In this document: positions 38,187 to 48,709 of the stretch, in pieces | Numbering within the stretch: position 1 is the first letter of the stretch | Layout: each line of letters begins with the position of its first letter | Assembly: GCA_043822125.1 (NCBI GenBank) | Contig: JBDRCB010000006.1 | Location: 123,520-187,519, forward strand | Source: an archaeon | GTDB taxonomy: Archaea > Nanobdellota > Nanobdellia > Pacearchaeales > GW2011-AR1 | Reading direction: 5' to 3' | DNA length: 64,000 nt | The notes under the pieces: generated by a model | Seen by the model: the letters and a program-made list of their open reading frames with translations, nothing else | Told to the model about the DNA's origin: nothing | Databases searched by the model: none | Program-made: the position numbers and the translations under genes

Positions 38187-39941
38187 ATGACACTAAAAAA
38201 ACTTCGACAGCCTATTGTTACTGTCTGCGGACATGTAGACCATGGAAAAACTTCAATACTGGATAGTATAAGAAGCACCTGCATTCAAGAAAAAGAAGCA
38301 GGAGGAATAACACAGAAAATTTCATTCACACTTTATCCCGCAGAACAGCTGAAAAAAACATGCCCTTTGATAGAAAAATCAGGAATAAAATTAGAAATAC
38401 CTGGATTTTTATTTATTGATACTCCTGGACATGCAGCATTCACAAACCTGAGAAAACGAGGTGGCTCTCTCGCTGATTTAGCAGTTCTTGTCATAGACAT
38501 CAACGAAGGAATAAAACCCCAGACAGCAGAAGTAATCCAGATTTTAAAGAACAACAAGACTCCTTTTCTGATTGCACTAAATAAAATAGACAATATTTCA
38601 GGGTGGAGAAAGCAGGACGAGGATTTAAAAAAAAGTATTGAATCACAGGCGCATAATGTAAAAAATATTTTTCAGGAAAGATATATGACTTTAATCGGCT
38701 CTCTGAATTCGCATGGATTTGACGCTGACTTATTTTATAACATAAAGGATTTCACAAAAAGAATAGCACTGATTCCCTGCTCTGCTAGGACAAAAGAAGG
38801 GATTCAGGAGTTGGTAATGATGCTCTGCGGACTCAGCCAGAAATATCTTGAAAACAAACTGCAGTTGGGCGAAGATGCAAAAGGGGTGGCTCTTGAGATT
38901 AAAAAAAACAAAACAGCAAGTTACATTGAAGCGATAATCTACGACGGAGAGTTGTCAAAAAAAGACGAAATCGCAATTTCAAATTTTGAGGGAGAGCCGA
39001 TTATAACTAAAATAAGAGTCCTCGAAGAAATAGAACCTCTATGCTCAAAATTCAAAACAAAAGATAAAGTCCATGCTGCGACAGGAATAAGAATGCAATT
39101 GACATCAAAAGAGGAAATTCTTCCAGGAATGCCTTTTGAAATTTACAGGGAAAACACAGAAGAACTGAAAAAAAAATTCAAAAAAGAAGTTTCAGAAAAT
39201 GTCAAAACAGAAAAAAAAGGGATTATAGCAAAAGCAGATTCACTTGGAAGCTTAGAAGCCCTTCTGACATTATTAAAGCAGAGCAAAATACCTGTTGTCA
39301 AAGCAGGAATAGGGAGCATAAACAAAACAGATGTGATTTCTGCAAAAGCAAATCTTGAGATAAACGAAACCGACGCTGTAATAGCAGGATTTAATGTTTC
39401 AGTCAATGAAGATGCGCAGATTCTCAATAAAGAACACAGAGGAAAAATAAAAATCCTCGCAGAAGAAGTTATTTATAAATTAATAGAAAATGTAGAAAAA
39501 TTCAGGGAGGAAAAAAAGAGAGAAATAGAAAAGAGAAGACTTATGGCTCTTGCTACTATCTGCAAGTTAAAGATTTTGCATCAGTATGTTTTTAGAAATA
39601 CAAAACCTGCTATTTTCGGTGTGCGGATAGAGGGTGGAAAATTAAAATCTGGGCTGAATTTAATAGATGACAAAGAAGAAAAAATTGGAAGGATAAAAAA
39701 TATCCAGTCTGAAAACAAATCTGTAGAAGAAGCAAATGAAAGAATGGAAGTTGCTGTTTCAGTGCCAGGAGCAAATTTTGAAAGAGAATTAAAAAACAAG
39801 CAGTATTTATTTTCAGATATAACAGAAAGCCAATTCAGAAATTTCAAGAAAAATAAAGATTTGCTGTCAGGAAATGAAATGAAGATTCTGCAGGAGATTG
39901 CAGAAATTAAAAGACAGAAAAATGCAGATTGGGGGATGTGA
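38187..39941 (+). CDS. infB: Translation initiation factor aIF5B (IF-2)
   Basis: GHVDHGKT; EAGGITQ; DTPGH; NKID. Confidence 0.96.
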   Translation: MTLKKLRQPIVTVCGHVDHGKTSILDSIRSTCIQEKEAGGITQKISFTLYPAEQLKKTCPLIEKSGIKLEIPGFLFIDTPGHAAFTNLRKRGGSLADLAVLVIDINEGIKPQTAEVIQILKNNKTPFLIALNKIDNISGWRKQDEDLKKSIESQAHNVKNIFQERYMTLIGSLNSHGFDADLFYNIKDFTKRIALIPCSARTKEGIQELVMMLCGLSQKYLENKLQLGEDAKGVALEIKKNKTASYIEAIIYDGELSKKDEIAISNFEGEPIITKIRVLEEIEPLCSKFKTKDKVHAATGIRMQLTSKEEILPGMPFEIYRENTEELKKKFKKEVSENVKTEKKGIIAKADSLGSLEALLTLLKQSKIPVVKAGIGSINKTDVISAKANLEINETDAVIAGFNVSVNEDAQILNKEHRGKIKILAEEVIYKLIENVEKFREEKKREIEKRRLMALATICKLKILHQYVFRNTKPAIFGVRIEGGKLKSGLNLIDDKEEKIGRIKNIQSENKSVEEANERMEVAVSVPGANFERELKNKQYLFSDITESQFRNFKKNKDLLSGNEMKILQEIAEIKRQKNADWGM

Positions 39942-39943
39942 AA

Positions 39944-40276
39944 ATGAAACACTCTATTGCAAGAAATATCAAAAATAGAAATCAGTTAAAATCAATGGTG
40001 GAACTAGGGATTGGTTTTGAAGAATACGACTCTATTGCAAGAAACATCAGAAGAGTATCATTAATCCCATTACATAAAAGAATAAAAATTTTAGAAGATG
40101 GTAATGAAAGGATTTCAGATGAAACAAAATTAAAAATAAAAAATTTATTATTAGATATGGCATATGATAAAAGAGTTTACGACCTCGCAGAAATTAATTA
40201 CTCCAAAGGTCCTCCAAAAGGAGAAGGGTTGTTCATAACTGCTATAGTTGATTATTTTTTAAGAAAGATTAATTAA
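39944..40276 (+). CDS. Hypothetical protein
   Basis: ORF directly after infB; SIARNI occurs twice. Confidence 0.55.
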   Translation: MKHSIARNIKNRNQLKSMVELGIGFEEYDSIARNIRRVSLIPLHKRIKILEDGNERISDETKLKIKNLLLDMAYDKRVYDLAEINYSKGPPKGEGLFITAIVDYFLRKIN

Positions 40277-40341
40277 AATTTAATAATACAAAGTATATCT
40301 CATTACATAAATTCTTAAAAATAGAATTATTATGAATTTGC

Positions 40342-40611
40342 ATGAGTTCAGAAAACATAAATATATATTTTTTTACAGATGAGGAGAGAATAGTAATAAA
40401 TAGAATACCCAATACTGTAATTTTGAAACATTATTTTATTAAATATGGGAGAGGAACAGTAAGTAGTGAAACAATTAGAACACTGGAACCAGAAGGTACC
40501 AGAGATTTTACCAAAATAGATATTGGGACTAAAGTAGAAATTAATTTTAAAAAAGTTCACATAGAAAGAATAGCAAGAAATCTCAAAGAATTAAAATCTT
40601 TCTGTAATTAA
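40342..40611 (+). CDS. Hypothetical protein
   Basis: 89-aa ORF. Confidence 0.5.
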   Translation: MSSENINIYFFTDEERIVINRIPNTVILKHYFIKYGRGTVSSETIRTLEPEGTRDFTKIDIGTKVEINFKKVHIERIARNLKELKSFCN

Positions 40612-40650
40612 TTCCAAAACATTTTTAAGCAGTTTCTTTATCATATAAAT

Positions 40651-41094
40651 ATGCCATTCAAAATAAATATCGGAACAAAAGAAGGAAAAACTTACAAATT
40701 AGAATCAGAAGGAAGCTCACTTATAGACAAAGCTCTGCATGATAAAATCAACGGGAAAGAAATTTCTCCTCTTCTTGCAGGATATGAATTTGAAATAACA
40801 GGTGCGAGCGATAAAGCAGGATTCCCTTCATTAGAAGAAGTTGAAGGTGTGGGGCTGAAAAAAGTTCTGCTGACTTATGGGAAAGCCATGAAAAAACGCC
40901 CAAGAAAAGAAGGAAAGAAAAAACAGCTGTGCAAAAAACCAAAAGGGCTAAGATTGAGGAAAACAGTAAGGGGAAACAGAATTTCAGAAGCAGTCACTCA
41001 GATTAATTTAAAAATTTTAAAAGAAGGAAGCAAAAAATTATCTGAAATTTTTTCTGAGCAAAAAGCAGAAAATAAAGAAACTCCAGAGCAATAA
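40651..41094 (+). CDS. rps6e: 30S ribosomal protein S6e
   Basis: ITGASDKAGFP; RKTVRGN...QINLK. Confidence 0.95.
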   Translation: MPFKINIGTKEGKTYKLESEGSSLIDKALHDKINGKEISPLLAGYEFEITGASDKAGFPSLEEVEGVGLKKVLLTYGKAMKKRPRKEGKKKQLCKKPKGLRLRKTVRGNRISEAVTQINLKILKEGSKKLSEIFSEQKAENKETPEQ

Positions 41095-41124
41095 TCCTTA
41101 AAAAATATTTTGTTTTTATTTTAT

Positions 41125-42296
41125 ATGAAATCTCCACTTGCATACCGCATGCGTCCTGAGACTCTCGCAGAATTTGTCGGGCAGGAGCACCTCGTCGGAG
41201 AAAACAAACCTTTGAAAATCGCACTGGAAAAAAATAATCTTTCTTCTTCAATAATTTTTTGGGGTCCTCCTGGATGCGGAAAAACAACTCTCGCGCGTCT
41301 GATTTCAAAACTCACGGATTCTGAGTTTATTGAAATGTCAGCAGTTAAAGCAGGAAAAGCAGATGTAGAAAAAGCAATTCAGCATGCAAAACTTTTTCAT
41401 AAAAAAACAATTCTTTTTCTCGACGAAATTCACAGATTCAACAAAGCACAGCAGGATTATCTTCTGCCGTCAGTTGAAAAGGAACAATCACCTTAATCGG
41501 AGCGACGACAGAAAACCCGTCGTTTGAAGTTATTTCAGCTCTTCTATCTCGTTCGCGGGTTTTTGTCCTTAATCCATTGACAGAGCAGGAGATTGAAAAA
41601 ATAATTTTCCGCGCAGTTGAGAGAGAGAATTTTCAGATTTCAGGAGACAATATAAAATTAATTGCGCAGTTGGCGAACAGTGATGCACGTTCTGCCTTGA
41701 ATATTTTGGAAATTTCAGCATCGTTGTCAGAAAAAGAAATTACGCGCGAAACAATTTTAAATTGCGCGCAAAAATCCCTGCGTTATGATAAAGACGGTGA
41801 AGAGCATTACAATATTATTTCAGCACTTCACAAATCCATGCGGGACTCAGACCCCGACGCTGCTGTTTACTGGACTATGCGCATGATAGAATCAGGAGAG
41901 GATCCTAAATACATTATAAGAAGAATGATTCGTTTTGCATCAGAAGATATAGGGAACGCAGACCATCAGGCACTCACCGTCGCTGTTTCAGCAAAGCAGG
42001 CAGTTGAATTCCTCGGCTATCCTGAATGCGACACAGCATTAATTCAAACAGCAACATACTTAGCAAAAGCACCAAAATCAAATGCCTGCTACAAAGCAGT
42101 TCTCAAAGCAAGAAAAGAAATCAAGGAAACAGGAAATCTCCCTGTTCCACTCCACCTTCGCAACGCACCCACAAAACTAATGCACGAACTCGGATACGGA
42201 AAAAACTACAAATATTTTCACGAAGACAAAACAGCAGTTGAGCAAGAGCATCTGCCTGAGGAATTAAAAGGAAAAAAATATTATGAAGAAAAATGA
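41125..42296 (+). pseudogene. rarA: Replication-associated recombination protein A (RarA/MgsA), split by a 1-nt frameshift
   Basis: GPPGCGKTT and DEIHRFNKAQQD; continues as GTITLIGATTENPSFEV in another frame after ~41480; SALHKSMRDSD. Confidence 0.85.
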
Positions 42297-42613
42297 AATT
42301 ATGTTTTGTATGTAAAAGCACTTATCATTATGCACTTAGTTTATGTGAAAAACACTGGAAAGAATCTTATAAATACAGAAGAAAAGAAAGTGGAATCAAA
42401 GAACCATTTGCAAAAGGAGATTTTGTAATTTACAGGCAAAAACAGCCAGGAACTGACGAAGGAATAGTAATTGATTCAAGCAGATGCAATTATTGGGTGA
42501 AAGTGCAATTACTTCTCTCAGAAAAAAAAAGAATTATCCCAGTAACAGAACTGGAGAAGATAGATTCTTTATTTGAAGAGGCCAGCACTCCAGGATTTTT
42601 GCAGAAAAGATAA
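42293..42613 (+). CDS. Hypothetical protein (N-terminal CxxC...CxxH, SH3-like C-terminus)
   Basis: CFVC...LCEKH; FAKGDFV. Confidence 0.55.
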   Translation: MKLCFVCKSTYHYALSLCEKHWKESYKYRRKESGIKEPFAKGDFVIYRQKQPGTDEGIVIDSSRCNYWVKVQLLLSEKKRIIPVTELEKIDSLFEEASTPGFLQKR

Positions 42614-42666
42614 TGGTCTATTCAACACACCCAAACCTTTTTTAATAAGATATTTCTAAATTTTTT

Positions 42667-43866
42667 ATGGAGAATAATCAGAATATACCAGAACTAAATA
42701 TCGGAGTTGTCGGGCATATTGACCACGGAAAGACAACTTTGCTGAAAAGCCTTACAGGAAAAAACACAGACACCCACTCTGAAGAGCTGAAAAGAGGGAT
42801 AACAATAAAACTCGGCTATGCTGACATGACAATTTACCAAAAAGAAAAAGAATTTTCAAATAAAAAAGAAGCAGGGTTCAAACCAGTCAGGTACATTAGC
42901 TTTATAGACGCTCCAGGACATGAAATGCTGATGGCAACAATGCTTTCAGGAGCTGCTATTATCGACGCTGCGATTCTCGTTATTGCTGCAAATGAAGGGA
43001 TAAAACCCCAGACAGCAGAACACTTCATGGCACTGCAGGCAAAAAAAATAAAAAACATAATAATAATCCAAAACAAAATAGATTTAGTTACAAAAGAACA
43101 GGCTCTTAAAAACTACAATGAAATCAAAAAATTTGTAAAAGGAACAACAGCAGAAAATTCACCTGTAATTCCTGTCTCAGCACAGCAGGGAATAAATATT
43201 GACAAACTTTTGGAAGAAATATGCAAAATTGAAATTCCGAAGAGAGATACAAAATCAGAGCCGGTCTTTTTAATAGCAAGGAGTTTTGACATAAACAAAC
43301 CAGGAAAAGAAATAGAAAAACTCAACGGAGTGGTTCTAGGAGGAATTTTAAAAAAAGGAAAATTAAGTGTCGGTGATGAGATTGAAATCAAACCAGGATT
43401 AATTATAAAAAAGCAAAATCAAAAAATATACCAGCCACTCACTACAAAAATTTTATCTCTGCACAAGGGAGCAGATTCAGTAAAAGAAGTTTTCCCAGGT
43501 GCGAGTATTTCAGTTGAGACAGAATTAGACCCTTTTATGACAAAAAGCGACTCGCTAACAGGATGTGTTGTTTCTAAAAAAAATGTCCTTCCTGAAATCA
43601 GCGATAAAATAAGAATAAAAACAGAGTTGTTCGACGAAGTTTTAGGAATTGCTGACAAGAAAAAAGTAGAGCCGATTAAGACAAAAGAAATGCTCATGCT
43701 AAGTGTGAACACAACAATCACCATCGGAACAGTTGAAAAAATAAATAAAAACGAACTTGAATTATTTTTAAATATTCCAATAGTCGCGCTAAAAGGAGAC
43801 AACACAGGAATTGCGAGAAACATCAATACGCATTGGAGATTAATCGGCTGGGGCGAGATTTTGTAA
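42667..43866 (+). CDS. eif2g: Translation initiation factor aIF2 gamma
   Basis: GHIDHGKTT; EELKRGITIKLGY; DAPGHE; WRLIGWG. Confidence 0.96.
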   Translation: MENNQNIPELNIGVVGHIDHGKTTLLKSLTGKNTDTHSEELKRGITIKLGYADMTIYQKEKEFSNKKEAGFKPVRYISFIDAPGHEMLMATMLSGAAIIDAAILVIAANEGIKPQTAEHFMALQAKKIKNIIIIQNKIDLVTKEQALKNYNEIKKFVKGTTAENSPVIPVSAQQGINIDKLLEEICKIEIPKRDTKSEPVFLIARSFDINKPGKEIEKLNGVVLGGILKKGKLSVGDEIEIKPGLIIKKQNQKIYQPLTTKILSLHKGADSVKEVFPGASISVETELDPFMTKSDSLTGCVVSKKNVLPEISDKIRIKTELFDEVLGIADKKKVEPIKTKEMLMLSVNTTITIGTVEKINKNELELFLNIPIVALKGDNTGIARNINTHWRLIGWGEIL

Positions 43867-43903
43867 CAAAAAGATTTATAAATAAATTTTTATTTAATAA
43901 AAT

Positions 43904-44719
43904 ATGAAAAAGAATTTAGCACTTATTTTAATGAGTCTATTCTTAATTGGTTTTGTATCAGCAGGAGTAACTGGTTCCATTACTAATGAAAATTTAGTAA
44001 ATCAAGAGAACAAAAACAGCAACGAAGTTTTGGCTCAGACACCAAATCAGGAAGAAGTCCAGAAAAATATTACTGACAATGTTCAAAATCAAATAAGAGA
44101 GAGAATAAATGAAGCTATTCAAAGCAAAAACAGAATAAGAGTAAATATACAAAATCAATCTGAATGCCCTGAAAACTGCACCTGCACTGGTGTTGCAACA
44201 AAATGTCAGACAGAGAGAGGAAGAGAAATGACAATACAAGCAGGCAAATCAGGAAATGTTATTTTTCAGGTAAAAAATGCAGAAGCGTCAACAGAAGTGG
44301 AATTATATAAAAATGAGGGGAAAATATACGGAGTTTTCAGAAATAATCAGACAAAAAAAATAAACATGATGCCTGACCAAGTGAAGGAAAAAATTCAGGA
44401 AAGATTAAAGATAAGAAACTGCTCCTGTAAAATTGAATTAGATGACGATGGAGAGTATAAGATTCAAGTGCAGAAAAAAATGAGATTGTTTAATTTATTT
44501 CCTGTAAAAGCAAGGGTGCTGACAAATGTAAATGTTGAAACAGGAGAAATAATAAGAGTTAAAAATCCGTGGTGGGGCTTTTTAGCAGGTGATGTTGAAG
44601 AAGAGCCTTTGCTAGGTGCAGATTGCGGAACAGTAAGTCCTGAAAGCAAAGATGAATGTTGCATAGAAAAAGGATATGACTACTGGGATTCTGAAAAAGA
44701 AGAGTGTTTATTTCAATAA
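43904..44719 (+). CDS. Secreted hypothetical protein with PepSY-like and Cys-rich segments
   Basis: Signal peptide; VNVETGEII...PWW; CGTVSP...CC. Confidence 0.7.
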   Translation: MKKNLALILMSLFLIGFVSAGVTGSITNENLVNQENKNSNEVLAQTPNQEEVQKNITDNVQNQIRERINEAIQSKNRIRVNIQNQSECPENCTCTGVATKCQTERGREMTIQAGKSGNVIFQVKNAEASTEVELYKNEGKIYGVFRNNQTKKINMMPDQVKEKIQERLKIRNCSCKIELDDDGEYKIQVQKKMRLFNLFPVKARVLTNVNVETGEIIRVKNPWWGFLAGDVEEEPLLGADCGTVSPESKDECCIEKGYDYWDSEKEECLFQ

Positions 44720-44750
44720 ACTTTATAACTCACTTATTTTATAGATTTTA

Positions 44751-45536
44751 ATGGGAATATATTCGCATTCTAAATTAAGCGCTTTTGAGCAGTGTCCTCT
44801 GAAGTTCAAATTAAGATACATAGACAAAATAATTCCTGAATCAGAAAAAACAATTGAATCCCATTTAGGAAGTGTAGTTCATTCTGTTCTTGAAATCCTG
44901 CACACAAAAGCCAAGAAAGGAAAAATATTATCTGTTGAAGAAGTAATAAAACATTATTTCAAAAAATGGGAAGAGTGCTACAAACCAGAAATTGTGATTG
45001 TCAGAAAAGACACAACAGCAGAAGATTATTTTAACAAAGGAATTAAATTTCTGACAGATTATTACAGGAAAAACCACCCGTTCGAAGAAAACACTCTCGC
45101 AGTTGAGAAAAAAATTAAAATTGAATTGGGAGAGCATTCTATTGTAGGATTTATAGACCGCCTGGTGCACAATGCTGAAAAAGATGAATATGAAATACAT
45201 GATTATAAAACAGCAAACAGTATGCCCTTGAGAGAAGCAGTAGAAAACGACAGACAGCTTGCTCTTTATTCCCTTGCTATAAAAGAAATTTTCGGGCAGG
45301 AAAAAAAAGTCTGCCTTGTGTGGCACTATCTCGCGCACAATCAAAAAATCCGCTCCCGAAGGACAGACGAACAGCTGGAAAAACTAAAAAAAGAAGTTCT
45401 GGAATTAATTGAAAAAATAGAATCAACAGATAATTTTCATCCATATATTTCAAAACTCTGCGATTGGTGCGAATATAAATCCATGTGCTATGCATGGACA
45501 AAAAATCACAAGCAAAAAGAGCTGGATATTTGGTGA
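44751..45536 (+). CDS. PD-(D/E)xK nuclease (RecB/AddB/Cas4-like, Fe-S staple)
   Basis: YSHSKL...QCP; GFIDR...HDYKT; CDWCEY..MC. Confidence 0.88.
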   Translation: MGIYSHSKLSAFEQCPLKFKLRYIDKIIPESEKTIESHLGSVVHSVLEILHTKAKKGKILSVEEVIKHYFKKWEECYKPEIVIVRKDTTAEDYFNKGIKFLTDYYRKNHPFEENTLAVEKKIKIELGEHSIVGFIDRLVHNAEKDEYEIHDYKTANSMPLREAVENDRQLALYSLAIKEIFGQEKKVCLVWHYLAHNQKIRSRRTDEQLEKLKKEVLELIEKIESTDNFHPYISKLCDWCEYKSMCYAWTKNHKQKELDIW

Positions 45537-45547
45537 CTAACTGCTAA

Positions 45548-45766
45548 TTAAAAATCAAAGGGGGTGCCCACTCCTTCCCTAATATGTCTTTCAAGTAGTC
45601 CTTTATTGTGAAGGTTAATGTATAATGATTCTATATCTGAAAAAGCCCCGCCTTTACTATAAAAAGATTCCTCAGGATTTTCTGACTGAGATGCTTTCAG
45701 AATTTTTTCTCTAATCATATCTATGTCTTCTAAATAATCTCCAATTGATTTTCCGTATTCAATCAT
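45548..45766 (-). CDS. Hypothetical protein
   Basis: 72-aa ORF. Confidence 0.5.
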   Translation of the reverse strand: MIEYGKSIGDYLEDIDMIREKILKASQSENPEESFYSKGGAFSDIESLYINLHNKGLLERHIREGVGTPFDF

Positions 45767-45798
45767 AATAAATCTTATATTCTCTTAAAAGTATATAA

Positions 45799-48240
45799 TT
45801 AATCACTCCCATTCCCATTTTCATGAACTCTTATTAAATCAGTTACAAAATCTCCCTGCTGAAGTTTCACAATTCTTACACCCTGCGTCGCTCTTCCCAT
45901 AACTCTTATATTTTTCAAAGAGGTTCTTATCACAATTCCCTTCGCAGTTGTTATTATTATATTATCGTCGTCATTAACAGAAGCTGTTGTGACAACATCC
46001 CCTGTTTTCTCTGTAATTTTAAGATTAATCACACCCTTGCCTGCCCTTGCTGTTTTGCGATAATCATTAACTGCAGTTCTTTTTCCGTAGCCGTTTTTTG
46101 TGATTGTTAAAATTGCAAATGTGTCAAGCACCTCCATGCTTACAACCTCATCGTCTTTCTCTAGTTTTATTCCAGTAACACCATAACTCGCCCTTCCCAT
46201 CTCGCGGACATTGTCGCTGTTAAATCTTATTGCCTGCCCTCTCTTTGTAGCCAGCAGAACCTCCTGTCCTTTTTTAATAATTTCAACTCCTATTAGAAAA
46301 TCAGAATTATCATTCGGAAGATTCACTGCTTTTACTCCTGAAGCCCGCGGTTTTGAGAAATTTTTCAAAGAGATTTTTTTTACAATTCCATTCTTCGTCG
46401 CCATGAATAAAGAATCTTCAAAATTTTTTACAGAAATAACACTTGTAATTTTCTCTTCTTTTAGTCCTAGCATATTTACAATCGCCTTACCTTTGCTGTA
46501 TCTTTCTGCTTCTGGAATATCATATGCCTTCAGCCATAAAACTCTTCCTCTCGTCGTGAAAAACATAAGATAATCATGAGTAGAGCACAAAATCAACTGT
46601 TTTGCAAAATCTCCTGTCGCGAGGTTGCTCCCAATAACACCCCTTCCTCCTCTCTTCTGCTCTCTGTAAGTTTTAACATCCATTCTTTTGCAGTATCCTT
46701 TATCAGTAATATTAACTACAATTTCTTTCTGCTGAACAAGGTCCTTCTCTGAAATCTCGCTGATTCTCTGCATAACCTGTGTCTTTCTTTTATCCCCATA
46801 TTTTTTCTTTAACTCACTGACTTCTTTTACAATTATCTTCAAAATTTCATTTACATCCCCTAAAATTTTTTCAAACTCCGTAATCTGCAGTTTCAAATTT
46901 TCTGATTCTTTTTTCAGTTTATCTTGCTCAAGAGAAGTCAATTGCTGAAGTTTTGTGTCCAATACTGCCTGCGCCTGTTTTTTGCTAATCTTGAAATTTT
47001 TTATCAAACCCTCAAGAGCCTCTGTAGCACCCTTGGATTTTCTGATAAGAGAAATAACATCATCAAGATTTTTCAGGGCAATCAAAAGCCCTTCGACAAT
47101 CTCCTGCCTTTCTTTTGATTTTTTCAGTTCATATTTAGTCTTATTTGTAATTATTATTTTTCTGTAATTAACATAAGATTCAAGAACATCAAAAAGTGTA
47201 AGAATTTTCGGCTGTCCATTGAGCAGTGCAAGAAAATTAACACTAAAAGAATCCTGCAGTCTTGTGTACTTATAGAGGGAGTTTATAACAAATTTAGAAT
47301 TCGCCCCTTTTCGCAGTTCAATAACGATTCTTATTTTTCCTTTTGAGGACTCGTCCCTCAAATCAGAAACATCTTTGATTTTTTTCTTCTGAATCAAGTC
47401 TGCAATCTGGGTTACTAAAGTAGATTTATTTAGCAGATAAGGAATCTCTGTAATAATAATTGCTTCTTTTCCTTTCACTGTCTCTGTCATAGTTTTCCCT
47501 CTGATTATTAATCTTCCTCTTCCAGTGCTGTAAAGTTCTTTCATGTCTCCCTGCACAATCCCGCCAGTCGGAAAATCAGGGCCGGTGATAATATTGCAGA
47601 GTTCATCAATAGAAATTTTTTTGTTTTTAACATAAGCAATAATCGCGTCGCAGACTTCCTCTAAATTATGCGGAGGAATATTTGTAGCCATACCAACAGC
47701 AATTCCAGTTGCCCCATTCAGCATCAATGCAGGAAGTTTTCCAGGAAGAAGCTCTGGCTCTTTAAGCGAGTTATCAAAATTAGGCGCGAACTTGACAGTT
47801 TCTTTTTCAATATCTTGCAGTAATTCAGTTGAAATCTGCATTAATCTTGCTTCTGTATATCTATAAGCAGCAGGCGGGTCTCCGTCGATGCTTCCGAAAT
47901 TTCCCTGTCCGAAAACTAAAGGATATCTCAAAGAAAAATCCTGAGCCATTCTCACCATTGCGTCATAAACAGCAGTGTCGCCGTGCGGGTGAAATTTACC
48001 AATAACATCTCCGACAATCCTCGCTGATTTTTTCGTCTGGCTTCCTGGCTTCAAGCCCATTTGATTCATTGAATATAAAATTCTCCTCTGCACAGGTTTC
48101 ATCCCATCTTCAATCGCAGGAATCGCGCGCGAAACAATAACACTCATAGCATAATCTAAATACGATTTCTTCATCTCTTCTGAAACTTCTGCATTCACAA
48201 TATTTTTCTCATCAGTTTTAAATTCTTCTTTAGATGTCAT
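45799..48240 (-). CDS. gyrA: DNA gyrase subunit A
   Basis: HPHGD; AAYRYTE; GyrA-box QKRGGRG; C-terminal beta-pinwheel repeats. Confidence 0.97.
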   Translation of the reverse strand: MTSKEEFKTDEKNIVNAEVSEEMKKSYLDYAMSVIVSRAIPAIEDGMKPVQRRILYSMNQMGLKPGSQTKKSARIVGDVIGKFHPHGDTAVYDAMVRMAQDFSLRYPLVFGQGNFGSIDGDPPAAYRYTEARLMQISTELLQDIEKETVKFAPNFDNSLKEPELLPGKLPALMLNGATGIAVGMATNIPPHNLEEVCDAIIAYVKNKKISIDELCNIITGPDFPTGGIVQGDMKELYSTGRGRLIIRGKTMTETVKGKEAIIITEIPYLLNKSTLVTQIADLIQKKKIKDVSDLRDESSKGKIRIVIELRKGANSKFVINSLYKYTRLQDSFSVNFLALLNGQPKILTLFDVLESYVNYRKIIITNKTKYELKKSKERQEIVEGLLIALKNLDDVISLIRKSKGATEALEGLIKNFKISKKQAQAVLDTKLQQLTSLEQDKLKKESENLKLQITEFEKILGDVNEILKIIVKEVSELKKKYGDKRKTQVMQRISEISEKDLVQQKEIVVNITDKGYCKRMDVKTYREQKRGGRGVIGSNLATGDFAKQLILCSTHDYLMFFTTRGRVLWLKAYDIPEAERYSKGKAIVNMLGLKEEKITSVISVKNFEDSLFMATKNGIVKKISLKNFSKPRASGVKAVNLPNDNSDFLIGVEIIKKGQEVLLATKRGQAIRFNSDNVREMGRASYGVTGIKLEKDDEVVSMEVLDTFAILTITKNGYGKRTAVNDYRKTARAGKGVINLKITEKTGDVVTTASVNDDDNIIITTAKGIVIRTSLKNIRVMGRATQGVRIVKLQQGDFVTDLIRVHENGNGSD

Positions 48241-48242
48241 TT

Positions 48243-48410
48243 TTATAATTCCTCATCATAACAGACAACAATCTCATTCTCGTCGTCAATTTCAAAATTT
48301 ATTTTGTTTCTTGTTTTTTTCAACTCCTGAAGTTTTTCTATAAATTCGTCAATCTCCTCGCTGTTTAAACTAAATTCAAAAACATCAACATCAAATTCTT
48401 CTTCATTCAT
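48243..48410 (-). CDS. 55-aa acidic microprotein within the gyrase operon
   Basis: Hand translation [55 protein letters not shown]; fills the gap exactly. Confidence 0.7.
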   Translation of the reverse strand: MNEEEFDVDVFEFSLNSEEIDEFIEKLQELKKTRNKINFEIDDENEIVVCYDEEL

Positions 48411-48708
48411 TTTTGCTCTCCAAATACTTCAAAAATTCATCTTCATTTAATTCTTTTTCTTGAACATCTTTTCCTTTCCAACTGCATTTTCTGCACTCCC
48501 ACTCTTTTCCACCACCTTCTTCTGAATCCAAATTACTCAAAATCACCCCAACATCGTCGCTGCTACATTTAGGGCACACTTTTATTTTATAAATCTTCCC
48601 TGTTTTTTTTGATTTATTTTTTATCCCCCCTAATTTTTCATAATCTTTCTTAGAATCATATCCTTCTAAAATCCATCCTGGTGTTGAAAGTTTTGATTTT
48701 TTAGGCAT
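48403..48708 (-). CDS. Zn-ribbon protein within the gyrase operon
   Basis: CPKC...CRKC; ATG immediately after the gyrB stop. Confidence 0.75.
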   Translation of the reverse strand: MPKKSKLSTPGWILEGYDSKKDYEKLGGIKNKSKKTGKIYKIKVCPKCSSDDVGVILSNLDSEEGGGKEWECRKCSWKGKDVQEKELNEDEFLKYLESKNE

Positions 48709-48709
48709 T

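Noticed and set aside
41460..41500. Programmed -1 frameshift in rarA
   Set aside because: No X XXY YYZ slippery site is present; an indel is more parsimonious.
44751..45536. Cas4-like nuclease as evidence of CRISPR-Cas
   Set aside because: No cas1/cas2 and no repeat-spacer array was seen in the window; it fits a solo PD-(D/E)xK nuclease.
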